64,000 nt of DNA. Source: Raillietiella orientalis (lineage: Eukaryota). Below the pieces are notes generated by a model that worked only from the letters and a program-made list of their open reading frames with translations, was not told the DNA's origin and did no database searches. This document shows, piece after piece, positions 38,001 through 50,000 of the stretch (position 1 is its first letter; the number at the start of each line of letters is the position of its first letter). The position numbers and the translations under genes are program-made. Location: contig JAYWIR010000010.1 in NCBI GenBank assembly GCA_036172245.1, positions 310,001 through 374,000 of the forward strand. Direction: 5' to 3'.

Positions 38001-41000
38001 AAAGCACACGTGGTCTTTCGCATTGGACCTGGGTTTCCCGGCTATCAGCCGGGAAACCCAGGTCCCATCTCCATAAAACCCATTTCCATAAAACTCTTCA
38101 TTTTGCCCACAAAGGGATCCTCCCATTCTCTTAATTCGGGAATGGCGTGATCAGACGTTACTATTCACTTTTATCGTTTACCGCTACTGGGATTCCTCTT
38201 TCTCTCATAGTGCTGCTGAGTTAGCAATCTCGGACGGGATGCAGACGATACTTCGTTAACAATTTTTTTGCTTCCGTGGAGCATCTATAGAAGTTATATA
38301 TGCATATTAATGTGTTTATATGTATCAGATGATTGAATTTACGTTTACGATGCCCGTTCGTTCCGTTCCTTTCGATTCTCGCGAAGGATTCGTCCCGAAG
38401 GACCACCCCACCTGACGTGGACCTCGGAAAGATGTGGTTGGTCATGCGCCGATGGCCTGCCGGAGGACTCGCCCGTGGCGCAAACCACCACCGTGGCGCC
38501 CTCAAAATGCGCCGCCATTGCCCGTTTTCGCTTGGAGGCACCTCCAAGGCTCCCAGGTTCGGGACAGGGAGACCGTCCTCGAGCTGCCGCGTTCGACAAC
38601 CTTCTGGAAGAGGTGGTTGAGAAATAATGAAGGCTGGTCGGAACGGGAAAGCCCGCATTGGTATGGGTCGATGGGGGAGGACGTGAGGGGGCGGCACGCC
38701 GTAAGCGTCCACGTTGCTGGTGCTTCCGTTGCGACCAAATGGTTGTCCACCGCTGGCGTACCGCATCCGTATTTTGTTCTTCAAACATCAGTGATGCTTA
38801 GCAGGCGAAATTCAAAAGTGTTTTGAATATTTTTCCTTTTTTTTTTTCTTTTTCCTCGTTAAACTGTGGCTGGTCTGGTTGTTTCAGGTCACCATATTCA
38901 AAGAGTGCCAGCCCGAATTCTTGCATGATCTCGTACTGAAAATGAAGGCTTACATTTTCACTCCCGGTGACATCATCTGCAGGAAGGGGGAAGTAGCCAG
39001 GGAGATGTTTATCATTGCTGACGGTATTCTGGAAGTTTTCAGGTAATCCGCAACCTCCGCTCTTGCTCCGACACTTTAAAGAAACATGGGGGTGCACGTT
39101 TTCGCATTCCGTTCCTCCCACCCGGAGTGCACAGCCCCGAATTTTGGTTTTTCACGTTTCTTCTCCTTTTCAGCGAGACCGGGAAGATACTTACGACGAT
39201 GAAAGCGGGAGATTTCTTCGGGGAGATCGGCATACTGAACCTGGATGGGCTAAATCGGTATTTCTCCAGTTTCATCTGAACGCTCTCGTGCTACGTGAAT
39301 GGGGGGTGGGTGGGTGGTGTGGGGTGGGGAGCTTGAATGCATTGCCCTCGCCAGCATACCTGCAACTCGTGAGGATCGCTTACCTACGTGTGTGTTGTCT
39401 TTTCGCGTGTGGACAGACGACCTGTGAGAACGCGTGTGCAGAAAGCTGCTTCGTGTTTCCGTAGGTCTGTTCCCAGATCGCTCTAAGCAAATAGTAATAA
39501 CAGCCTGCAGTCCATCGTCAGCAGCGAGCAACCGGAGTGGGGAAGAACGCCCGGTCACCAGGACGAACCGGGCAACGTCCACAGTTCTCACGTCGGAAGT
39601 TGACGAAATGACGGAGGATCTCGAAGTGACTTGAAGCTCGCGATGCCTCGCGACAGGGGCGAGGTTCGGAATCCCAAGAGGCAGGGACAGACCATTTTTA
39701 TCAAACGTCTTTGTCTGGTCGGTCAGAGCACGAAAGCCTTGACACTCGCATCTGAAATTCCCATCCCGTCTTTCGGCTTCGCATCAGGGAGTCCCCTAGA
39801 CGTTGCATCTTTCACGCAATTTTCTGCAGGGTCCGTTCACTCTGCTTGCGTCCGTGGTGATCGACCGTCTCCGTGCAGGAATCTTTCTTCCCGCTTCGCT
39901 GGAAGCCCTCCCTGAGAGGGCGTGCGCTCCGAGGATCCAGCCAGCAGTGAGCACGCCATCTGCCCCTTGACGCAGCTTCCTGTGTCCCCCCACTGGAGAA
40001 GCATCCGTTGTATTTCTCGGATCGTCAAAACGCCTTCCGCGGCTCCTTTCATGACCGAACACTCTCGTGTCGGAGAACATAGACGCATGCCGAATCACCT
40101 TCCGAAGCTCCGGGATCTCCGGGTCGCCCAGAATGCTGCCGGCGATCATGCGGTGGTCGGGAACGAAACGTTGCGAAGGTGATCATCGCCTTCGCAACGT
40201 TGGGTTCCTGATTTTTCTTTTGCGCGACCTGATTTCTAAACTTCAGCTGCCTCCTGAACCAGAAGGGCACTGTCACTCCGAAAAGGCGGTTTTGTTTTTG
40301 TTCCGTGCCCACTTGCTCTTGAAATATTCGCCTCCACAAGCAGCTAAAGAAGTGATGCGTGGCTTTCTCACCTTTCCTACCCTTTGCTTAATTTCACGAC
40401 GGTATGCTTTGGGTGGTGAGTGCGCGCATTCTTCGAAAGGAAGCAGTCCGATCGAAGGTGCCTCGAAGGAGTTTCCGCAGGAATGCATGCTGTTTTCTAT
40501 TTTTTTTCCTCGCTCCACACCCACTCGTGGAACCCCCGGATTCTTTTCCGGATTGCTGTTTCGTTTGTTCCTTCCACTGGTGGAATTTCAGCGACCTCGC
40601 AGCTCATCTTTTCAGATTTACTTGGGGTTGTCGCTCTTTAAGACGAGATCGTCGCCAGCTGCTGCTGACGGGGGCTTTTCCTCCCTCTTTTTCATTCATT
40701 CGAGCATCAGAAGTCGTGCAGAGTACTGTCGCCATTTTTGTGAGCAGAATGAACAATCCTTCTCACTCCAACGAAAGAGTTTCCCTTCTCGTTTCCGACT
40801 GCCAGTGCCACCTCTACCGAAATCTGTGGCTCTGCGAACGTGCCGGATGTCGTTTATTGAAGGTCAACCATGTCTCTTTCCAAGGTGCCAGTACTGCTCT
40901 TCTGCCTTCTCTCTTTTGTGATCGTTCTTCCATTACAAGGAGCCTGCAGGCTTCCTGTGCTACCTATCTTGATGAGCTGCGATGTTTCTCATCCATTTGA

Positions 41001-44000
41001 TGGACGGATAAAGGACTACTGGAGAAAAAAAACAAATGGCGTGTGTGCTTGGTCAGTCATCGACCAGTCTCCATCTGAGTGGCCGCCACTGATGACGTAC
41101 GAGCTCCGGAATGCAAGCACCGATGTGCTAAAGCAGGCTTCGCTTGGTTCCCTTGGAAACCCTGTTGACGGAATCTCAGCAGCTATGATGGCCGCAAGAG
41201 TGTTCAAAGAGGAACCGTCATCGGCGCAGGGCGATCAAGAGTTCGGCGAACATCTTGAAGACGAGGAGCGAATCCGATCATCAAAGCAGAACGGATTCCG
41301 CTGGCGGAGGTGGAATGATAGCGTTGCCCGGGGAACCCGTTGTTTATTCTTCCCTCCTCTGAAGCGATTTGATAAATCCATCGCGTAGCAGTGAAACTGA
41401 ACTCTACGGTGCAAGGAAGGTCACAGCTGCGTGAAAGAAAGGTGAAAAAAGAGAAAGATCCTACCCAAATGGTCAGGATGAGAGCGTTTCTGAGACGATA
41501 GCTCTCTCTTTCTTGCAGATCGTTTCCCTGTTGAGGAGTCTTCAGAGGATCGGAAAGTTTCGAGAAGCTGGAGGATGTGTAATACAACAGACAAAGTCCT
41601 AGAAAGAGGTTATCTTAGTAGCGGCTTGTAAACAGGAAAGCAGAAGTCAAGTGATGAGAGGTCCAGGAGAAGGCGCTTCGAATAGGGGCACTTCAGCTTC
41701 GGAACAGGGATCGTGGAAGAGAAAGACCCAACCTGGAAAATTTTCCTCTTCCGATGGCTTCAGGAGGAGGAAGAACTCGTGAAGGGTTTGCGAAGAGGAG
41801 GAAGGGAAAAACTCGAAAGGTGACTCCTCACCATTATGAAGCGGGGGAGAGGGGGGGAGGGCAATCTGGAAGTCCGTTTGAGGAGACGATTCAAGCGGCT
41901 GCGACAAGCTGGAGTCACTGAGCTCCCTGATGCACGATGAATGATATCCACGGTGGATGAGAGAATGGAACAGAGTAGACTCCTACGTGAGATCACCGAA
42001 CGGGAAACTTTGGAACGTGCGACGGTTCTTCCTCAAGCGAACTCAAAACACTGCTGAGAGACGCTCGGAGTACTCCATAGGACAGTCCCGACTCTCGAGA
42101 GGCGACACCACTTAACGACCACGTTTCGTCCCCGTTATGAGAGGAGCCTTCGCTGGTTGGGTCTCTTGCGGCGGAGATGCCTTCTTCAGGAAATGCTCCT
42201 CCGCAGAGCGCTCCACGTAACGCCACGCGTTCAGCGAACAGAGTCCCTCCTTCCTGGCCTACTAAAAGCGAAAAAGGACAGAGACTGCTTGAGGGTCTTT
42301 TCGTTGCCCCCCCCCCCTTCTCTTTGTGCACATGCGCACGCGCAAACTGCCAGCAAATCCGTGCACCGCCTTGCCTTTTATCACGGAAGCTGATCGCTTC
42401 TTGTCGTACGTATCGGTGGTGCATCGTCTCACAAGTCAGATGGCTGCAAACTCTTGTACCCGCCTAGGCTGCCGTGTGGCTGCAGGGCACCAGGCGTCGC
42501 GGGTTGGAATCCCTCCGGGGTAAGGGTCGATGCCGAGAACGAAGGTGAGTCGTGGGTTTCAAGTCCTCCCTCCCCCCCGGCAGGGTGACGCTGGTTGGCC
42601 TATTCGGTTGCTGCAGCACGGGGGGAAGACGGAAAATCCCTGAATGCCCTTCGTTCCCTTTCTGCCTCCGGGATCCTTCCGGGAACCAAGAAGTCCTTCT
42701 GAGTTCCCCTCTGGTCGTAAAAAGGGATTTGTCCCCCCCCCCCTTTCCCTCGGGAAAACCCTCCATCGAGTGCCATGGAGCTCGTTGATATCCCTCTTGG
42801 GGAGCTGCCGCTCCAGAGTGTCAAGAGGCGCTCTGCTCCTTCCGGGGAGCGCGCTCCTTCAGAGAAATCTGGAGGCGTCCCTTCGGGATTCTCTTCGGAG
42901 GAGGAAACATGGAGCAGATCCTTTCCGGGGGGTTCCTACTAGGAAGAAATGAGGATTGGCCCCCTCCTGGGGACCTCTTCTGAGAGAACAAGGAAGAGGT
43001 TCCTTTCGGGATTTCCTTCGGAGACAGCCAGGGCGGTGACAACCTCCTACTTCTGGCGGGGTTTCCTGCCAGAAGTAGGAGGAACGGACTCTTCCCTTCG
43101 AAGCCTCCGCAACTGAAGCAGTGTGCACAGCCTCGGGTGGCGTGGGCGGTGTTCAAAGAGCTTCGTGAGTCCACCATGAGGACGCGAACGGTTCTTCAGC
43201 ACTTGGCAGCAAATTCTGAATGCTGCTGCGTGGAGAGTTGCGTGCTCGACGTCCTGGATGTGTTGCGGCTTGCGCGCCTTCGCTTCGTCCCAATCCGGCG
43301 AGCGGCAGAGCGGCTGCATTTAAGCAGCAGCAGAGCCGCAAGAAAAACGATTTGCGGACGTGGTCCGAGGGTTTCCACGTCTTCCGACATCTCGGGCGCT
43401 TCCCAAGATCTCTGCATCCCTGCCGCCGCGCCTGGGCCAAGCACCGGCTGATGCTCCCAGAATTGGATCCAGCATTCCCGGTCGTCGACTAGACGAGAGG
43501 CCGAAACTCTTCATCTGGAGCTGGTTGCCCGCTTCGGACTTCCTTCTTTCAGACTAGTCCACCTCCATCTCGCTGCACGGATGCCGCACGGTCCGCTCTT
43601 CCAGAGATTGGATCCTCGCGCCTGACAGACTAAGCTGCGGACTCGCGCCACCTCTCTCGACCTACCTTTCCACCCGGTTCTTGGGCATAAACAACTGCGC
43701 CTAACGTTTTTCTGTAGTCGAAGTCTCCCTCACATCTCCTCCCGAAGGCATGTTCTCACGCCAGCTGGTCGCTTTCCCGAACCTGGCTGCATTTTCAGAA
43801 CGTCTCACAGGAAAATCTGTTGTTGCGGGCACCTTCGAGGATTCCACGTTGTTCTTGACAACCTCCAAAAAACGCTCTCGTGGCATCGCGAGATGAAGGG
43901 AAGCGAGCGAACTGCCCCTTAAAAGAGAAGCAGGTTTTCATTCCTGATTCTCATGGTTGGTTGGCAAGGCCCCACAGAAACAAGCAAAGGGGTGCTCGGC

Positions 44001-47000
44001 TGGTGTTCCTAATCCTGGCAGCGAATTTCGCGCCATTCTGCTAACAGCGGGAATGTCTTCTCGCAGTGAGCTGAATCCAAAGGCATGAGTAGCACGGAAA
44101 CGGAAGCTGGCTGGAAGGAAAGGGTGGTTTGCGAGGGGACCCGCCACGAGAGCACGGTGCCACGCGAACGTCCTCCAGGAAACAGCATGCGAAAGACACT
44201 CGGACAGTATTAACCGTGCACCCAGAATGATGAAGACGAGTCGGTGTGAAAGGCTGAGGGTCGCTCGTCGTCAAGCTGTCCACTCTCCACCGAACGCTGT
44301 TTGATAAGAAAACGCGCATTTTTGTGAATGAAAAGAAAAACAAAAAAAAAAAAACAAAATTCATTTCCTATGATTTTGCAGAAGAACAGCAGATGTGCGT
44401 TCAGTTGGTTATTCTGAACTTTTTAGTTTATCGAGAGAAGATGTTTTGAATGCCATGAAAGATTACCCGGAGGCAAAAGTAAGCTTTGGCAAATTGTTCG
44501 ATCGGAATGTAACGAATTCTATAAGGAGATATTGGAAAACTTGGGGATAAAAAGGCTGATGGAAGCCAAACGTGACGCTTCTCTTCAGAAGCAAGAATCG
44601 ACCCTCAACATCAAGAACTGCGGCAAAGACATCGGGCAAATCGTCGGGCGGCTGCGCTGCGACGTGACCGGGCTGAAACACGCCTTCCGCAAGACCAATG
44701 CCAAAATGACCACGTAGGGCCTGTGTGGGTTTTCCTGAATTACCGTGCCTCATGAAATGCATTCCAGCCTCCACGCAGACTCCATGGATACAGGCCGATT
44801 GCGCGAGAGCGATTTGCTGTCCCCTGTTCTCGGCAGGGTGTACAGGTACGTGCGGGAGCAGCGGGGGCGCGCCTCTCAAAACGAGTGTCCACGCAGGAGC
44901 CTGCGCACCATAAGCAAACTGGACAAGAATTTCGATCAAGGCATGTGCGCCCACACCGCCAGCGGCGTCTTCAGCAGTAGCAAATCTTTCGACAAGATGC
45001 AGAAAAGGAAGAATTCGAAAAAGATGCCGCCGCACGCATCGAGCCTCCTCGTCAACGAACCGGACGCACCCCCGAAATCCTGGATCAAGGAGAAACTCAG
45101 ACACGAGGCCAACAAGGGCAGGTCGAACGACACGATCCCGGCACCGCCGTCGGGGTCGAATCTCGAGTTCGACGAGCACAGGGGTACCCAAGGAATGGCT
45201 GCCAGCGCTGCTGTCTCAGCGAGAAAATTCAAAGAGCTGCCGAAAAGCCCCGAGGACATCTACGACAACTCCGCCCCCAGGAGAGACAGCATAAAGCACC
45301 TGGTCGAGCTGCCAAACCACCGCGACAAAGACCTGCCCTCTATAAACGAAGACTCGAACGAAGAAGAATGGAAGACCAGGAGCAGGGGTAGCAAAGAACA
45401 CTCTTTCGAGATTCAGATACATGAGCAAAGCGCGGCGAACCCGGGGGAGTGGTGCAGCAAGGAGGACAGAGAGAGGAAAGCAAACAGAAGGCTGGTGAGG
45501 CACAAGCAGTGGTCCAGCTCAACGGACATGCTGAAAGTGCCGTCCGTTTCCGCGCGAGCGGGAGAGCACGCCGATACCAGACTGATCTTCAGCCTGTTCA
45601 AGTCGCGCACAGATGAGAACATATCCTCCAGCGAGGCCAAGGTCGCCCCGGCTGCCCCGCTGTGCGTTTTCCAACATCCCCTTGCGTGGAAGGCCAAGGC
45701 CTCCAGGGATGCAGAGGAGAACGGCGGCGGAGGCGAGCACGTGGACGCCTTGCAGTGCGTTCCGGAAGCATGGAGGCGCAGGGAAGCGGACACGAAGACT
45801 GCAAAGGGCCTGCAGGAAGGGTGCGCAGGTGCGGTGTCCAACAACGACTGCGTCATGGTGCCCGGAGAGCTGGACGGAGGCAGCTCCAGGAAGGCCGAAG
45901 AGAACGGGAAGTCGGAGCTGCACGTTCGAACGCTGCAATCCAGGGACAGCGGTTATTACAGCGGCTGGCTGAAGCCGGAGTTGTACTTCAGTCAGGAAGC
46001 GGCAAAGGATCCCTGCGGGACGTCGGAGGACGCCGCCAGCTCCGACTTTGTGATCGAAATGTCGACCACCCTGCCTAGTCCGAAGCAAGAAACCTCACCC
46101 CCGTGCAAGCTGGAGCCAGTCAAGGAGGTCTTCCTGGATTTCAGAGACGGAGAAGCCAACGGGAAGCAGCCCAGCGGCGCGGCTCAGTGGAACCCGCTCC
46201 ACGGTCCAGACACCACCTCCGGGAAGCCCGGAAGCAAGGGCGCGATTTCCAGACCGGAAAGCTTGTCGTCGAAGAGGAAGAGGCTGGTTCGGTCCAAGGC
46301 GTGCGTGGAGGAAGCCCACGAGCTGGCGAAGCTCCCGGAGAACGGAAACGACGACAACGAGGTGGTGGCGGGGGGGGCGTCGGCAAACAACCCGGAGACG
46401 AGCTGCAAAGCGAGGAAGAAGAACGAGGAGTCGTTCGACGCGATCGGATTCGAAATCAAAGAAAGGCACCTGGCTCAACGGATCGCATCTTACCTGCACA
46501 GGAAACTGGTAAGGGCGCCGCGTAGAGACAGTTCCCTCCCGGTCCAATCTTTCCCTCTGCCACCCGCGCTGTCGCCACGGCGACGGCTTCGCCTGGCTTA
46601 ACCAACCCTCTTTGTCTGTTTCAGAAAAAGATCGTCTTCAACTACGAGAAGAAAATTCTGATCCTCGAGAACGAGCTTCAAGAAAAACACAAAGAAGCAA
46701 AGAATCTGCACAAGACCATACGGAAAATGCAGGTCACAGCAATTTTTAGTATGCTTTTCGAACGGAAATTTCTTCCCCCCACCCTGCTCCCGTTGAGCTT
46801 ACCAACGAGAACAGGGAACAGGGGCACCTGGAAGAGAGGCGCCGAGAAAGCGAAATGCACAAACAAACAGACGAGAAAAACTGAACGAGACTTTCGATTT
46901 TTCGGATATCTTCCACACACACACATCCCCTTCTCCCCTCTTTCGTGCTAAATGCTTCTTCTTCAAGGTGGCTGTTCGGTTAATCTGGAGGAACCGATCT

Positions 47001-50000
47001 GTAGGGAACATAATTCAAGGATGCTAGGATCACTTAGGAGATAGATGTTGTTATTAAATGTTAGATATATTGTTTCTTTGTTTCTCTCCGCGGTCGTCTA
47101 GGCTGTGGGCATAAATCATCCGTTCTTGGATTACCGCCTCTCTTTTCGTACTTCTGGAGAACGGGGGGAAAGCAAAAGCAAAAACAAAAAAAATGGAGAG
47201 CAGGAAATACTCTGAGGAAGAAGAATTGTACTTCGGACACCTTGAAGTGCGACCGTTTTTAATCCAAAGTGCCATGGCGGTCGGCTGGCCGCGATGGAGG
47301 CTCGGTTGCTTCCTCAGTTCGTTAGTGGGCGCGCGTCTTTCCCCTCCTCTCCCTCGAGGGAGCGTTGATTTGTGTTTGCCCGAGTGGCACCTACGGACCC
47401 CTCGAGCTGATTCGAAAAATCAGCTCGCTGAAGCACCACGTGGGTGCCGTCTTTCCATGGGACTTCCTCCGTGTTCCATTCCGGCTCCGAGCATGCCTCA
47501 CGGCCCTTCTCCGAAGCAACCGAAAGGCGCTTCGATGCGCTCACTGGAAGGAGGGAAGGATTCGATCGGTCGCTTCCCCGGGCTGGCTTAATAAAGTTTC
47601 TGTTCCGCGAGATGCCCGAGTTTTTTCGGCAGCATCCTTTGGTCCGTTCCCCCCGGACACGCCGAGAATCCTTCGCATCCTGCCAATTCCCCAAAGTGTC
47701 TCGTATCCGTTAATGCACCTCTCCGATCGCAGGCGCGGGTTGACAGTAAGCGAAGTTATCATTTCTGCATCGTCGTTCTTTTGTGTGCGCGTCTTTGGGC
47801 AATCCTCATCCGAAATCGCGGGCACTCAATGATTGTGGGGTTTCTTTGCATGCGTGTGTGTGTGTGTGTTACCACCCGGTTACGCTAGAGCATTTATTTT
47901 AAGAAATAAACATACAAAGTGTAGGACCATCGGCCTTACATTGTCCGCAAAGTGTTCGAGACCAGCACGCAGGCCGGCGAGGTCCGCCTCGGCAGCAAAG
48001 GGGGTGGAGGGGGCAAACAAAAATGAAAATAAAAACAAAACACTGTTTGCACGATAAAATGGGAGGATCAGAGAAGGGATCACCGGGAGCTGGAGGGCGT
48101 CCTCTGAATCCTTTCCAGGATGCCGGCAAGTTCCACTCGAGTACGCCCCCAGGTGGGGCGATCTTGCTTCCGTCCGCAGGAAATGCAGGGCGAAGCAGAT
48201 GGCGTCCCTTTCGCTCAGTCCTCCTCTCGCGTTGCTCCAGGCAGCCACAATCCCACGTAGGCAGCAAAGAGCTGCTAGAAGGAGAGAGCGCATCACGTGC
48301 CTGGGATTGTCCGTCGGTGCAAAGAGGGCCGTGGCGTAACGTAACCACAGGGGCCGGAGAGCAACACAGCCTACAAGCAGGTGCAGGTGCTGGGATTCCT
48401 GTTCCCCGCACCTGCCACAGTTCGGGTGCGTTATTAAAGGGTGGATCGAGCTGTCCTGGTAAGGCCCTGTCCATGACTACGTGGGCGGCTTCCGTGTGAC
48501 CGCCTTCGAGGTTTGGACTACTAGCAAAGGTACCCCCAGTTATGGTCACGGGACATCGTGCTATGCGGGAAATCGGGTCACCTTTTCCGTCCAAAGATGT
48601 TGGGAGGGAAAACGAACTTTCGTTTCCGTGGTTTTAGGGGAGAGGGGCGGGAGCTTTCCGTTCTCGTGTGACGGCGGCGGACGACTGGTAGTCTCTGAGC
48701 ACCCGCGCGACCACGTGCAGCAGCTCTGTGGTCTCCGTGCTCCCGGAATTTCAAGGGAAACAAAGGATAGCAGCGGGAAGAGAGCTCCTGGAGAAAATGC
48801 AAGAGGGACAGGGCACAATGGAGGATGCTGGTCGAGATCTCAGAACAAATTCAGGTGCGCCTAGGGAAGAAGGAATCCTTGTATTTTGAGGGGAGCTCTT
48901 TGGGGCGAGAGCCAGACCGCCTTTCTTTGAGAACGTGTGGACGTTCGCTCCTTTAGTCGGGATAGCAAACACTATAAGAATGCTCCCTGAAAACTGGGCT
49001 GGTTTGGAGAAGTGGGAAGTAGTCGAATGCAAGCAAATCAGGAAATGGAATCGTAACCCGGCCATCTCCGGGACATTCCCTCTTCCATGGTTGTAGTTGA
49101 CAGCTCTCTGAGGAAAGCAGCTTCCCCCCTCCCCCGTTTACCAGCAATATTCGGACGCTGCCACAAAAGCACAGTCCTTCAATATAAGAGACTTGTATTA
49201 CTATATACATTTACGTATACAAGAAACGGTTGAAATAGACTAGTCTTGGCCCGCGTTAGCAGCCGCGCAGCTGCTGCTGCCTGTGAGCGTGGCACCGACG
49301 GTCAAAGGTTTGAACCCTGCCAGGGGAAGGATCGACACCGAGAACGGAGGGGTGGGCCGTGGGTTTCGAGCCCCCCTCACGAAATGACTCTGGTTAGACC
49401 ACGGGCACCGGTGGAAGCCCCCAGATGCCCCTGTTGACTGGCCGGGATTGGAAGGGGACCCTCCGGGGTCCCTCCATGACTTTAAGAAGTCCTTCGGAGT
49501 TTCCCTCTGGTTGTGGAAATGAATCCACTTCCCATTCCTGAAGAGGGAGACCCTCCATCGCGTACTAAAGAGCTACTGATGCTCCCCTATTTGCAGCTAG
49601 GTGGGTCGCCTCTCCAGAGTGTCGAGAAAAGAAGCGCGCTGCTCCCTTTCAAAGAAATCGTGAAGCATTTCTTCGGGATTCTCCTCAAAGGAGAAAACCA
49701 GGAGCGGATCCTTTCCGGGGGGTCTCTCCAGGAAAGAAACGAAGAGAGACTGGCCCTCTCTGAGGGAATCTATCAGGAAAGAACAATGAAGAGGTGGTGG
49801 TTCCCTCCTGGGGTCACCTCTAACTTGAAGAGTTACTACGTGCACCCTCGGGAGACGCGGACAGCGTCAAAGAGCTTCGGAAGTCCCCGTAAGGAGGCAG
49901 ACGGTTCTTCAGCGCTGGAAGAACCCTTCTTCCCCCCCCCAAAAAAAAGCTGAGAGGAAAATAGTGAAGCCAGAAGAATCCCAGAGGATTCCCATCATCC

